Source: Monocercomonoides exilis PA203
Taxonomy: Eukaryota > Protista > Preaxostyla
Length of the DNA stretch: 64,000 nt
Reading direction: 5' to 3'
NCBI GenBank assembly: GCA_001643675.2
Contig: LSRY02000037.1
Coordinates: 930,001 to 994,000, forward strand
The translations under genes were made by a program, and so were the position numbers. Of this stretch, positions 24,009 to 39,000 are shown one piece after another; position 1 is the stretch's first letter; every line of letters begins with the position of its first letter. Below the pieces are notes generated by a model. That model ran no database searches and was not told the DNA's origin. It saw only the letters and a program-made list of their open reading frames with translations.

Positions 24009-27000
24009 CTATGAAGACATCTTTTTCGATGCGTCCGTTTCTGTTAGAGATGAATTAGAAAACGAATATGAAGGACCAATAACTTTCGGTGAACGAGGAA
24101 GAAAGAGGGAAGTATTTAATGTAGGAGCAATAACAGGAACGTCTTCTCTGCTCTGTCCCGATGACTTTGATGCTGAAAAAGGGGATTGAGCGGACGTCTG
24201 TTTAACTGCTGCAATTATTAGTTCCAGACGTTGGACAACATCACCCACAATCATTGATCTTGCTCTGAAGGCATTCAAATATTCAGTTATCTTCACCAAC
24301 TGCTCCACATACGGTGCAAGCGTGTCAGTGACAGAGCGGTATTGCAAGGAGAACAGATCCAAAGACTGCACACAAGCAACAAGAAGAGGAGGAAGAGAGC
24401 ATTCATTTGAAGCAAGAAAGGCGGATGTTTCTTGACTGCTGACAAGCTCCACAATCTCGTTCACCCGCTCCTTCAGCGCCCGAATGAGTGTGATACACAG
24501 AACTGACTGCTGTCTGCTGAGTGCCCTTCGGAAATGCTCGCGAAATGACGAGATGATTCGAGGGTCGCCCAAACTTAGTGCAGCAGATATGAACAGCGGG
24601 CGGCGCATGAACAGATGATACAGCATCGGCTCAAACAGAGTTGTAGACGGCTCGTATGTCTCTTTGCCGCTCGTGCAATAGACTGTAAAATAGAGAGAAA
24701 AGTTCATCATCAGTGCTCTTTGTACAGCTTGCGAAATGTCGAGTCCAAAGTGGACAAATTCAGTTTTCTCTTCGAAAATTGAAGGCCAAGGTAGCACAAC
24801 ATCCTTCGAGTGGGGAAGCGGGTGCGTGTGAACAAATGCAAACAACGTGACTTCGGTGAGCCGCATCACCTTCACCAGCATCCACCTCGCTCTATTTACT
24901 GTTTTCTCTTTTGGCTTCAAGTTCCCTGGGCATATCTGATCCAGCTGCTGTGATATTGTTATATCCTCTGCTTCAGCTGCTTTCCCCTGCGCAGCTTCGA
25001 CCTCCTGCTTGCACAGATGCGCCACGCACAACGTGAGGAAGAGCTGCCAGCGCCAAAGCAGTTGAACGAGCAGGCTGTTGACGAGCGGAGCATGGGGCAC
25101 ATCAGCAGCGTCTGCAGCGTTGGTAGCATTGGCAACCATGAAATCAGCCGAAGACTGCGACGGGGCAGCAAGCGCAGCAGATTGTGAGCTGTAGAAATAG
25201 GAGAACGGGATGCACTCATCACATCCTGGAGGGAAATCCTGCGAGATATTGTTCACAAGGCAGTGTGTGAAGAACGGGTTTGTCTCGTCGACAGCACATT
25301 CGTTTTTCGGCTTTGATGGACGGTACTTTGTGGCATGAATTGCTCTGACAGGCTCCTTTGTGTATATTGCGTTGAATGCAACCAGCAGCACATCCAGCAG
25401 CTTCTCGCTCAGCCGAGGCACACACGAGCTGACAGTCGGAAGGAGCATCACCACAAGGCGCAGCGAGCGCACACGCACACACAGAGGGAAGCAGCAGCAC
25501 GTAAAGCTCGACAACAGAAACAACGCCGTCGTGAGGAACTCCTTCACAAGCGCCATTTCCTCAGCGCTCTTGAAATCGCTGCTTGGTGGTGCGGCTGGCA
25601 CCCTGTTCGTCCACAGCTCGCCTTTCAGCTGCTGTGGAAGCCCCTGCTCTGAAAATGTCTTCTGTGCCAGCCTGTCTCCGCTCAGCGGTGCAAACCCTGC
25701 GAAGAGCGAGCGATATTCGACAGCCAGAACAGCAGACATGTCCATGAAGGTGCCTGCAATGGAGCCTTCAAACCAGTCTGTGATCAGCACGTCAAGCACA
25801 TCCAGTGCCTGCATCAGAGGGTGCTGCTGCGAGTCGACCGCCCGGATGAACCGCTTGCCGCTCCAGAAAGGCGCAAGATTGATCAGCGAAAGCGCATTTT
25901 CGGTATTCGACTTCGAGTTAAACAGAGCACAGCAGGCTTGAACCAGTGAAACTTGTCTGTTCCCAACGACTTCTAAGGGTTTCTTCAGGAACTGGGATGA
26001 AATAAATCCATATGAAATCATTTTTGATTGAGTGATAGCTTCTTCATCAGCCGCAAATGCTTTGCCTTGTTCAGATAATTGAGAAGAGGATTCACCTCCC
26101 ATCGGACTGGAGTTCATAACAAAGGAAGAAGAAGAAGAAGAAGACGAAGAAGACGAAGGCGATGAAGAAGAAGATAAAGATGATGAAGGTGCAACCATCA
26201 CATTATGCAAAACAGATGAAGCCTGTGAATTAAAGCGAGCAGGCAGAGGGCTGAGAAATGCAGTGTGTGGAAACGGCAGAAACTTCGCCAAAACAGGCTG
26301 CGAGTCGAAAAGGTGCTGAGAATCGTTCGTTTTCCAGTGCATTCTTGGAGTGCTCTTCAGCCAGGAAGGGTCAGCAGGCAGGATGGGCATAGGGAAGTAG
26401 AGATGGTGCATCATCTTCAGTGTATCAGAGCTGGCCAGACGAAGCCTGCCGGCATCGTCGAACAGGATGTCCAGCACAAACACACGATATTGCGGAGCAT
26501 AGCACACAAACTGCAGAACAAGCAGCGCCAGCAGGGGAGCTGAGCGGGGGTACTTTTGAGGGGCAGAGAGGATGGCACGGCAGTCGGCAAAGGACACGAA
26601 CGAGCCGAACAGATAAATGTACCTCTGCCTGTCGCTCTCACACAGAAGAAGGATGAACGAGAAATACGCATAGAAATACTCGTCTGTGTAGAGCTGCATC
26701 TGTGCTGAGGCTGTTCCTGCAGAGGGGAGCACGAGCCTGGCGATGGACACCTCGGCTGACGAGTGGAACTTCCACAAAATTCTGTCCACTCCGCCAACCG
26801 ACACAGCCAGCGCCAGAAAGCGCAGCACCGCCAGCCTGTTCATGTCCAGGTGGCTGCTCAGGTGTTCGTGCGAGAGTGTGCTCAGCAGAAGCAGCACGGT
26901 CTTCAGAAAGCCTTCAGACAGCACAGCAGCAGGCAGCACCTCCAGCAGCGTAGTCGACAGCATCGTGCGCTTTGCAATCTGAAGAGGAGCAGAAATCGAC

Positions 27001-30000
27001 GCCCCAGCCTGTGTGATGAGCGTGCGGGTCGACAGCAGCCAACAGAAAAGCGCAAAGAACGCGTCCAAGCTGTAGAGCTCGGGAGAAAACGGAAGAGGAA
27101 CATCAGGTGCTGTGTTTGTGTTCGAATTGATAGAGTTTTGTTGGCTTTGCGCCTGAAGTGTGGCGGCTTCCATTGCTTTGATGATCATTTCATTCAATTT
27201 GCCCTCAAATTGCGTCTCAACAAAATGCAGAAGTGCTGCCAAGAGTTCTTTTCTGGCTTCTTCCTTCACAATATTTGGTTGTGCTGCTTTAGCGCCAGCT
27301 AATTTGCTTTCGCTGGCTTCACCAATTGCAACTGCTGCTGCTGCTGGCGCCTTGTTTTGTGCAGGTTCATTGAGAAATGTAACATCTGGATCGCCCGAAA
27401 ACGATGGATTTAATGCACACGGCGGAATAAATGCAGAAAAGAACGGCCGATCAGCCTGCAAAGAGTCGAACTTGTTGAACCCGAAAAGTGGGATGGTCGC
27501 AGCGCTCTTGTCGAATCTGTTGATGTAGTTCGGATTTTGTGGGTAATCGTAGATGATCTGCATCCAGCTGTAGTTGAAGAACATCAACGGGAAGTGTATG
27601 GGCAGCTCTTCCAGCTCCATAATGTCCTCTTCCCGTTCAACAGCATCTCCCACATCTCCTCCTCCTCCTCCTCCTTTTTTCTGCACATTCGTCTGGAACA
27701 CTTTCAGAGGCTTTCCAAACAGGAACGTAGAAATATCTGTGTTGTCTTCTGGCGCTTTATTCCCTTGCTTTTGTGTGTTGTTGCCTTGATGCAGGTTTTG
27801 TCCGTGCACTTCTCCCAGCAGTGGGCTCCCGTTCAACGACATCTTCGAATATGAATGCACAAAATACGAATTGGGCACAAAAACGAACTTCTGCGGCTGT
27901 CCAGGTGAAAAAGAAGAAGAAGAAGAAGAGAACGCCAACGGCGCTTCAAATAAGCGTTGAGATTGTTCTGTTTGTTTTTTCTGCATCTTCCATTCACTCG
28001 GATTGTTATCTGCCAGCGCACATCTGATAACTCTTGCCGCAAACTCCCGCATCGCCCTGCTGCCGCAGAAGCAGACGCACCTCAGCAGCAGCAAGAGCGG
28101 CTTTTGTGAGCCAATGAACTCACCCAGAACAGCAGAGCGTTCTGAATACCAGCTCAGCGCAGCCAGCGAAGGGAACACGATCTCGTTGACTGTAATTGCA
28201 GAGGCGTCGGTGATAAACTCCAAAAAGGCAAGCACTTTTGCCTGCCTCACCCAATCGAGTTTGGGATGCTGCTGTTGCTGCTGATCAGCCCGCAAGGCAG
28301 GAGGAAGAAGAGAAGCAGGCTGCTCCATAGTGACGATGTCGAAGAACCAGGACAGCACCTCGCAGAAGTCTGGCACACTGCTCTTCCCTTCCCGCAGCAT
28401 GATCAGAAGCGACGAAAGCGTAAAGTCCAAAGACAAAGAAGCCGTCCGAAGAGCACTTGCTTCTTCATCAGAGCGGCCTGCAAGAGTGTCCGGAAGGAAC
28501 ATAGGCACACAGCAGATGTGGCAGAGCATGAGAGAAATGTGCCTGTTCCAGCGAGCTGTCAAATGCAGCAGCTTTCTCAGAAAAGCTGGTGTGCAGAACG
28601 TGTTGAACAAAGGCTGCTTGGGGTTGATCTTTGGACTCCGAAGCTCCGATGCAGCTGCTACCAAGTTAGCCCTCAAAAGCAGAAATGAGTCAGTGGAAGA
28701 GAAAGATGAGGAGGAAGAAGAGGAAGAGGAGGAAGAGGAAGATGGGGAAGCCATTGGCAAAGTTTGAACTGCTGTTTGATTAATCTCCTCAACTCCCACA
28801 TCTGCCGGTGTGACCTCTCCGATCAATCCACATATCCATTCCAATCCAAGCACATCCAGACACTTCTGTGTGGTAGGTGCCCACGCATTCGCCAGGCAGC
28901 TTGTGACAGCCAGCAGCATCGCTTCTGCCGCTGTCATCGTCTCCAGCTGCCTCTGCGGTGCAATCGCATGAGCAGAGAAGATGGCGGGGAGAACAGGCGC
29001 TTCAGCATCCAAAGTCAGTTTGATGGCTGGAGAGAGCGAAAGAGCACTCATTTTGGCAGACCAGCCGAAAGAAGGCTCGTCGTCGGGGAAGAGGAGATCG
29101 AAACAGCGCTGAGGAAACGCACAGGAGAGGACGATGGTGGAGAGAAGAGAGGAAGAACGGCAGCAGTCTCTTATAAATACAAAGAAGAACGTCAGCCACC
29201 GGAATTTCTGCTGCTTCAAGCTCAGACACGAAAGCAGATGGTCGAAGAAGAAGCGGAGGAGGCTCAACTGATCCTGCTCTTTCTTGTCCAGCAGATGGAT
29301 GGCAGGTGCTGTGCTGCTCTTTTGCTCTGTTTTGGCAGTCAGTTTCGTCTGAATGTGGTCTGCGAGTGTCTTCACAGCAACCAACAGAACCCGCCCAAAC
29401 GCATTCTGCAGCTTCAGATCGTCGGCACAGAAGAAGTAGTTTTTGCATAGTGAAGCTGTGCTCCTTCTGTCAGCACAGGAAGAATACGTTCTCATCGACA
29501 GCACAGACCCCTCTGCTTCTTTGGTGGCAACCAGCGCCTTTGCGTCTTCTTTGCAGTCCTCCATCATCTGCGCAATGTTCGCCTCGATCCATCTGCTGCT
29601 GATGTCTTCGCTTCTCTCAAAGATCGCCTCAAGCTCAGCAGCAAAGGCAGTCGCATTGCGAGATGCCTGGCTGGTGTGGATGAGCGCCCGGAAGACATGC
29701 TCTGGCCACGCGAAGGAGAGAAACTGCTTCATAACTTCTGTCTGCGAAAGAGCATCCGCAGCCACGTTCTCCTTCGCAAAGTGGATGCAGCCTGCAATGT
29801 TGAACATGCTGCGCATGAAATCGGCAAAGCCCTTTGTGAAGATGATCTTTCCACGCTCAAACTCCGCCGCCTGCTTTTTCTTCTCTCTGATTTTACTCAC
29901 ACTCAGCTCAGAAGTTGTTTTGCCTGCTAATTTTTCGCCCTCTTCGCCTTCATTTGCCATTGCAATCGACTCTGAAAGCGAGCACAAGGAGAAAGTGACT

Positions 30001-33000
30001 GGAAATGGCAGCTTTGCCAGGTCGTCGTGTGTCACTCTGCTTTTCTTCTTCAGCAGCTGCTCGTATTCAGCCTGATGCCTCGCTTTTTCTGCCCTCTCCT
30101 CCTTCCAATCATCCACCGGGTTCTTCCGCTGATACACAAGAATAAATGCGTTGTTGCTCTTGAAGATGACTTCCTCCTGGAACCCTTCCATTTCGCTTAG
30201 CATTTCGTAGTTCAGCCCTTCATACACACCCCCAAAGCACTGGTCAGGCAGCGTCGCTGGATCAATCGGGAGCACTCGATCGTCGTTGAACAGCAGCCAT
30301 CTCTCTTTCCCGCCTCTTTCTTTCACAAACGAGTAATAATGCCCTCCTCCTCCTGTCCCCGCATGGCATATCACTCCCACAAGCTCATACAGATAGTAAT
30401 CTGTATCCCGCCCCATATAAGAAAAGTCGTATTTTTTGGCTGATTCATTGGAAGAAGAACAAGAAGAGGAAGAAGAGGAAGAAGCAAAGGAAGAATAGCT
30501 TGTTGAATTGTCTCTTTGCTCAATCTCTTCCACCGCCTTTTTGTATCTTTCATCTGATTTCATCCCCTTTTCATCCGCAACAATCGTCTCATTCATAAAC
30601 GGCCTCATGTCCAGCTCACCCAGCGGAAACTCGAATCTTTCATTGAGCTTAACAAATCCCTGTTTGAACTTGTCGAACTGGAAGCGCTTGAGGTGGAAGA
30701 AGATTGTGTTCGGCAGCTCCTTCAGCAGGCTTCTCTTCACAATCTTCGTCGCCCTGCCGCAGTGCGCGCATATCGCCCCGCCAATCACCTCCCCTTTCAC
30801 TTGGCTCATCAGGGACTCTGTCAGGCACGTGTGGTTCAGCACATCCAGCCCGATGCTCGTCCACCGCTCTGTCCCTGTCGCCAGATGGCCCAACGGGCAC
30901 ATCTTCTGCTCGCTCGTCTCGCCGCCAAACAGCCTCAGAATCACATTGGGAGCATGCTGTGTTTCTGTGTGCTGTCTGAGCTGGTCTGTCAGGCTGAGGA
31001 AGAACTCGACCCCGTCCTGCTGCGCTGTCGGGTCAAAGGGGAGGTCGTCGTACATTTGAAACACACTCACAAAGTCGGACAAGTCGGCTGCTTCGGCGGT
31101 GTTTCCATCCATCACAGAGAAGAGATGGCGCAGCTGCTCCCACGTCTGCTTCCTCCTGGCAACATGGGCAGGGTCTGTGTCAATGGGCTCGTTGGATTCA
31201 GAACTAGGTTGGATTGAGGATGAAGAAGAAGAAGATGATGATGGAGTTAATGATAAGAATGGAGTGAATGAAGGAGGATTACGAGAAAAAGGAGGAGGCG
31301 GTGGAGGAGGAAGGCCAATTGATGCATAACTTGTAGCTGAATTGTTATTTGTTGGTGGCTGAGGTGATGCCATAGCATTCGGATCGACTGGAATAAACGC
31401 TTTGAACTTTGGTTTTGAAGAGAAAGAAAAAGAGGAAGAAGATGAAGATGATGAGAAAGAAGAAGAAGAAGAAGCATTAACAGGAGGAAGCAACGCAGCT
31501 GCCTGTTTCATCTGCCTCTTCCACCCACCGCACTCGTCTCCTTGCCATTCGAGCACAATCCTTCTGAACTGCGGGTGCATATACAGCTGCACCATGACTG
31601 ATATCATGTAACACAATGAACCCGGGTTCTCGATGCCCATATACCCCACTTTCGCCTTGCTGCTCTGGAGAGGGTTGCCGCTGAAGGAAGGGAAGACGCG
31701 TCTGCTCTCCATCCGCTGGAGGCTGTTGAGCAGCTGCAGAACGAGAGAAATGTTGGCGGCGCTGCTGTTTCGGCACAGGGAGGCAACAAGCGAAAGAAGC
31801 ACTTTGCTCAATTTGGGGCTTAGCTGCCTCAGAAAACAAGGAGGAAGACGAGAAACACTGGACTCACTGCCAAAGTCAAACAAGATGCGAACAAATGCCA
31901 TGCGGATGATGGAGAGAGGACGGTCTGTTTGAGCTGTTATGTTTGCTTCTCCTCCTCTTCCTTCTCCTTCTCCTTCTCCGCCTCCGACGAGGTTTTTGAT
32001 GGAACTTTCGTATTGTTTCATTTGCACAGCCACTTCGGCATTTGCTTGGTTGACGTTGCTTTCGATCTGTGCTAAGCAAACAATCAGTGCTTCAGTCAGA
32101 ACAGGAAGAGAAGCACAAGACGAAGGAAGAACTTTCAAATGTGAAGAAGAAGAAGAAGAAGACAATGAAAATGAGGAAGAGGAAGAGGAAGAAGAAGTGG
32201 AACGAGAAGAAACATTAACAGCATTCTTGTTTCCAACTTCCATGTTTCTATTTTGCTTAGACTGCAACGCAATCAAAGGAGAATCTGAGTTCAGCACGTC
32301 ATTTTCACTCAACAGCAATGGATCCACACAGCATTCACACTCCATCAGCAGCTTGGCGAAGATCAGAACAAGACGCGAATGGTCCATTGTGCATTTCTGG
32401 GCGTTCTTCGGCTGGTGGGACGGGTTCCCCTTGAAGCAGAGCAGCAGCACTTTGAAGAAGCGCTCCAGCATTGCCAGCGAAAGAGAAGAAGAACATTCGA
32501 TGGGAATGAGATTTTCAGCTATTTTGGACAAAACTGAGCAGAAGACGTAGGACGAGTCAACCACACCAGCAGAGGTGGTGCTCATAACAGCTCTGAATTC
32601 ACTGGAATATCCCTTTGCGAGTGAGGAAGAGGCAGATGAGGAAGAAGAAGAGGAAGAAGAAGAGGAAGAAGAAGAGGAAGAAGAAGAAGCATTATTCATT
32701 GCACTGCTCAGCTCCTTCAAGCTGTCTTCGCTTTCTGCCAGCGGAATGCTCATGAGCAGCTGGCACATCGCCTGCACAGCGCCTTCCATTCTGTGATTTC
32801 TCATCTGAATCTTCTCTGCCTTCTCATTCTGCTCAATCAAAGTGTTCCCTCGGCAGCTGAGCAAGAGAAACAGCACTGGCTGTGCTTGCTGCTGCATCAG
32901 GAAAGGGAAAAGAATCGAATGATAACAGCGCAGCAGCCCAAAAGCCAAGCGGAAGACGATTTCTTCTGGAAACAGATCGTCCAAAATATCTGGTTCTTCT

Positions 33001-36000
33001 ATTTCTTCATCATCATCATCAACTCCATTCCCATCTTTTCCATTTTTCCCCTTCTTCTTCTTGTTCTTCTTGTTCTTCTTTTTGTTCTTGTTCTTGTTAT
33101 TCTTATTGTTCTTCTTGTTCTTGTCTGCATCTGTATCAGCTACTTTCTTGTTCCCAAAGATCGAATAGAAATGTGTCCCTGACAAGTCTTCGCTGTTCAA
33201 ATCAGCCAAATTCATCCTCCTTTTCACTTCTTCCGCGTCTTCCTCAAATTCACCCTGAACTTCGCACATTTGCTGCGCATTGAGCGCCGCCCCATTCAAA
33301 TTCCAGCTGAAATTCCTGTTTAAATCGGAATTTCCATTCAAACAGCTCATTTCATTGCTCATTTCATTCAGTTTCTTCTCTTTCTTTCTTCGGAACATCC
33401 TGTTCAGAGAAAGAAATGTGTTTGGGCAGTTCTGCGGGTAGTTTGTGGCTGGCTCTTCGACAAGACCAGAAAGACGGCTGCGAATAATATCTTCATTGGA
33501 AGAACAGCTCAATAAACTCATTTTTGTGTGTTCTTTTCCTTCTCTTTCTCCTCTTTCTCCTCTTTCTCCTTCGTCATTCCCCATCAAACTCCTTCCTTCC
33601 TCTTCCCCTTCCCCCTCCTCTTTCTTCCACAGCTCCTCCGCAAACAGCATCGCCATCGCCTTCTTCTGCATCAGCAGCGCCTGAAAATCTTCATCGCCCA
33701 GTTCTGTTGTCAGTCTAAGCACACCTACTTTTCCTATCCAATTTGACACAAAAACATCCACTGGAATTCCACCTGTTGTCATCAGCATCGGCACAGGCGG
33801 TGAATAAAGCGGAGTGACTGAGGCATATTCAGCGATCAGCTGCGGATGGATTTTGGTCTCGTATTTTGAGAAGAAATGAGGAATTTCCTCAGAAATTGCC
33901 TCTCCTTCAGCTGTCGGCATACGCACAAAGGAAGGCGAGGCAGCAAGAAATGGATTGTCAATTGTGATTTTCTGTGAAAAGAGCACAAAACACTGCACAA
34001 GCTTCGCAAACAGCAGCAACATCTGCGATTTTGGCGGCTCAATTGCCATGTGCTCCTTCAGAAGCTGAGTGAAAGAAGAGCCAGACGCATCAGAAGGGGA
34101 AGAGAAGACGCACAAACAAGGGCAGTGGGAAAGGGAATAGTTTGCGATGCTCTTCATAACAGTGCCGACGAAGGGGTATGTTTGATAGCAGACGGCTGAA
34201 GGTTCAGAAGGGTTGAGAAGGAAAGAAGAGACAATGTGGACAAGATGATAGAGGCATCTTGGGGTTAAGTGGAGCAACGGATTCACTTTGTAAGAGGAAG
34301 AAGAAGAAGAAGAATTAGAAGAAAGCGAAAATGCTCCATTTCCAGCTAAAGGTGCATTTGTGCTGCTGTCAAAGAAAGGCTCAGGTTGAATGGGTGTTTG
34401 CAGGAGGATGTTCAGCAGACAGCTCAGCCCCCCCGAGTCAATAAAACGATATCTCCACCCTTCCAAAGAGTCAGAGGTGTCGCCTTCCTTTGCCGTGCTG
34501 TTGGTTTTCATCAGGTTTTTCCTCACTTTCTCGTCGAGTTTGTTGTAGTCTGTGATCTCTTTCGTCTGCTTCAGCAGCATCTCCACCTCATTCAGCGCAA
34601 TCTCCAGTTTCCCCCTCCACACCACCGGCATTTCTCTTCCGTCTGCTGTGAACGCGGTGTTTTGTGCTCTGTCGAATGCTGCCACCACAAAAATCGCTGG
34701 CCAGTCGGTTCCTTTCTTCGCCTCCAGAATGTCCTTCCGCACAGCCTCGCCTGGCGGGAAGAAGAAAAACAGGTGCCGGCAAAGCTCCATCAGAGACGGG
34801 GACACATCAAACAAGTCGGTCAAAACAGACGCGTCCTCTTTGAACAGCTCGCGCGGACTGCTGCCTGGCTGAAGCTCGAGGGAAGAAGGGAAGAATTTGG
34901 CTGGGTTTGCCAGCGGATCGTTTGAATTCTTCGCATTCATCATCAGCATCTTCTTCTTCTTGTCTTCCCATGGCCAATAGAATCTCCCATCCTGTTTTTG
35001 CTCCATTTTGTTCGGCTGCTTCCATTTTCCATATCCTTTTCCTCCTCTTCCACCTCCCCCTCTTCCTCCTCTTCCTCCTCTTCCTCTTCCTCTTCCACCT
35101 CCTCTTCCTCTTCCTCCTTCCTCTCCTTCTCCTTCTCCTTCTCCCAGTGCATCCCACTCGTCCTCCAGCTCCACCGCAATCTTCAGCTTCTCCACGTTCT
35201 CCCTCCCAACCATATCAAACAGGTTGCTCAGCTCGTACGTGATGTCCCGCCCCGAATAGCTCACAAGCACATCTGTTGCCTTCGCCCCTGTTTTTTCTGC
35301 GATTTTCAGCCGAAGCGTCTGAACGCAGTCGTCTTCAGTCACAATGCACTGCACAATCCCATACGGATCGACACGGAAGAAGGCTTCGAAGTCTTCTTCG
35401 ATTGGGGCAGAAAGAGAAGAAGAAGAGGAAGAAGAAGAAGAGGAGGAGGAGGAGGAAGAGGAGGAAGAAGAAGAAGAAATCTGTTCATTCTGCTTGGCAG
35501 TTGCCTGTCTCTGCCTCTTCAGCCTCTCAAAGGGTGTCAGGGGGGGCATACAGCCATAGATCAGATGAAGAAGAAAGATCAATGCATTTTCTGTTCGGTT
35601 GATCTGCTTCTTCAAAGAAAGCACGCCTCTGCCGCCAAAACCAAACTGATGCTGCATTTGGAAAGGAGGAGGGGTGGTTGAAGGGGATAATGGTGGGGTC
35701 TGTAAAGAATAAGAATAAGAAGAGGAGGAGGAAGAAGAAGAGGAAGAGGAAGAACAAGAAGAAGAAGAAGATGGTAAATAAGAAGCAGAAGACGCAGCAA
35801 GTGAAAAAGCCGATGGCGAAAGCGGCTGTTCGCTGCCTCTGTGTGAGCAATGCGTTGTCCCCAGCCCTCTTTCTGCAAAAGCCTGCTGCTGCCTCATCTC
35901 CTGCTGCCTCTGCCTTTCTCTGATCAGCTCCCACACCTCCTTCACAACCAGCCCCACCACTTCCCTCCTCCTCTTCGCAGATGCCTTGTCTGACTTCTTC

Positions 36001-39000
36001 AGGCTGTTTGGAATGCACTGTGTGAACAGCATCTCCATCGCCTCGTTCATTTCGTCCCGGCTGTCGCTGCCAAACCCGGTTTCGCTCTCGTTCAGCGCAG
36101 ACTGGTTCATCCACAGCCGCTTCACGGGTTCTATTTCTCCGTCTTCTTCATTTTCTCCGTTTTCTCCGATTCCTCCGTCCTCTTTCTCTTCTGGCGGAAT
36201 CTCCACGCCCAACAGCCTGCTCTGCTCTTCTGCAATTCTCTCTTCCTCACTCTTTCCCGACTTACCAGCCATTCCTGTCTCATTCACAAAAGAAGAAGAA
36301 GAAGAAGAAGAAGAAGAACCAAATGCACCTTCTTCACTGAATGAATGCTTCGGCCCTTTCGCTGGCCAGTTCAGTGCCACATTCCACAGCTCTTCCAGCC
36401 CAATGATTTCTGCGTCTTCGTTCCAGATGAACGTGGCTTCGCTGTCAAAATCGATGTTTGCGTCAAAGAAAGAAGTATCTTCTTTGTCTTTGTCTTTCTT
36501 TTTTTCTTTGTCTTTGTCTTTTTCCTTTCCCTTTTCTTTCTCCTTTCCCTTTTCTTTCTCCTTTCCCTTTTCTTTCTCCTTCTTCTCTTTCTCCTTCTCC
36601 TTCTCTTTCCCTTTATCTTCATCAGCCACAATAGAAACCCTGTCGAATTCGAGGTTGACTGCAATGAACAACCTTTTAAACACTGCAAACTCGTCCGGGT
36701 TGAACACAATTCCAAGTGGCTGAGGCAAATTTCGGTTTGTTCTGTCTTTTCCACTCATTCTGAGACTGTTATAAGGATGGTTGTAATCATCAGATACAAG
36801 TGAATATGGAGGTGGAGAAGACGAAGAGGAGGAGAAAGAGGAAGAAGAGGAAGAAGAAGAAGAAGAAGAGCGATTCGTATTAGCCAATGAAGAGCTGCGC
36901 TGTCCAAACGAATAGCAGCATCTGGCGAGCAATCTGTTGCAGCACTTGATCATCTCATCAAAAGGCGACTGCTCAACAACAGGCGCTGGCGAGCGGGCGT
37001 TTGCCGCAGGCGAAATAGAATGCGGGGGAGGAGGTGTTATTGCTCTTCCTCCTCCTTCTTTCTCATTCGCTGTTTTCTTTGTATTGCCAATGAACTTGTC
37101 ATTGCGCTGAGCTGCCTTCATCACTGCAACAAACTGCTGAAGAAACACATTCATCGCCATTTCCCTCTCCTCCCACGTGACTGCCTCCTTCACCAACACC
37201 TTCCACACCTTTTCCACCACATTGACACAAACCTCACTTAAAGGGGTGACTGAAACAGGGGTAAATCTTTGGATGGGAAGCAAATCGCCGTTGCTGACGC
37301 CAATGCCGTCGATGCAGCTGCTCTTCATCTGCTCAGCCACAAACAGACTTCGGTGCAGAATGTGCTCAGAATACGAGAAATGGCCGATGAGCTGGGAAGA
37401 TAAATGAGAAGAAGGGAGAAGCTTTGGCGTGGATGAAGGTTTGGATTGGGAGGGGATGTCGAAGGGGAGAGAGGGAAAGGAAGGATCGATTGAGGAATAA
37501 GAAGAAGAAGAAGATGATGATGATGATGAAGCAGAGGCAGAGGCAGAGGAGAAAGAAGAAGAAGAAGCATAATTCTCTTCCTCTTCCTCCTGCTGTTGCT
37601 GTTCCATTTGCATACCATCTGCAAAGAACACCTTCGCAAAGTGTCTCAATCTGCCTATCGAGTTGAGTGCATGCTCCAGCGCATTCGCCTTTGCCACTCT
37701 CACAGCGACTTCCACCCGTCCTGGCTTGAACGACGTCTCACTGAATGTATTTTCTGCGGGATTCTCCTTCATCACGCTCTGCCGAAACACCCTCACCCCG
37801 ATTCTTTGCAGTTCTTCATCAGCCGCTGCACCGAATGAATTGATGATTTCTTTGAGCAGCAACACCATCTGCGTTGAAGACTTGTCTCGTGCCAAATGGC
37901 TGACACACTCGTCAAACACTTGTTCAAGCACAGACAGCGTCCGGAGGGACGAATAGCCAGTTTGCAGCCCTTTCAATGCAGACTCAAAGATTCTGTGTGG
38001 AGCCGTGTTGATCGGCAGCGTTTCTGATGGTTCTACGCTTCCACTTCCACTGCATCCTCCATTGAATGGGAAAGCATCACTTCCTGCTTTTGATCTTTGT
38101 GTCTGTGCAAGCGCCTTCGAATGCGCATCACCCCATCCTCTTCCTCTTCCTTCTCTTTCTCCTCCTCTTTCTCCTCCTCTTTCTCTTCCTTCCTCCTTGT
38201 CATTCCTCATATCTGTCGCTCTATCGCTGTCATCCAGCACCAGCAGAAACAGCATCTCGTTCATCTCCCGCAGCACATTCTCTGTCCCGTCCTCTTGCGA
38301 CTCCGGCACCCTCCCCCACTGCTCCTCCTCCATCTTCCTGTCTTGTTCTTTCTTCCTCTCCCACATCTTCTGCCCCAGCGCCGCAAACAGCTCCCCCAAA
38401 AGCACCACATCCGACGCATCAATCGCACACAGCAGCCGCAGCTTCCTCAGCTCTGCTGCTTTCCCTCTCTCCCCTTCCTCAATGAACGCTGTCTCAATCC
38501 TTGCCTTCACCGTCTCTCTGTCAAACGGACCCATCTTCTGCCTCTGTGAAGGAACATACAACTCCCTTGTAGCTATTCCCTTTGCATCTGACTGCATCAT
38601 TTGCTGTCCCTTCTTTCCTTTCAGTTGTTCCTGCTGTGCATCAGCCATTCCCAATGCCTGCTCAGTCAGCCCCATCTCGTCGGCTGTTCTTTCGAGATGC
38701 ACTTTCACCAGCCCAAACAGCAGCATCAGCACATCTGCGCTCAGCCCAGCCACCACAGCCCGCAGCAGCCTGTTCGCCCGCCGCTTCATCTCGCCCAGCT
38801 CGAATTCAATCAGCACAGCATCTGCCTCTGCCTCTTCTTCTTCCTTTGCTTTTGCTTTGAGCTCTTCTTCTCTTCTCATCCCGCCCATTGCTCCGTCCCC
38901 TCTTCCATACTGCACTGCCCAAATCACTACTTTTCCTCTTCCATGCTGCTCTCCTCCCCCCACCACCTCACCCCTCTCCTCCCCCTCCTCCCCTCCATCT

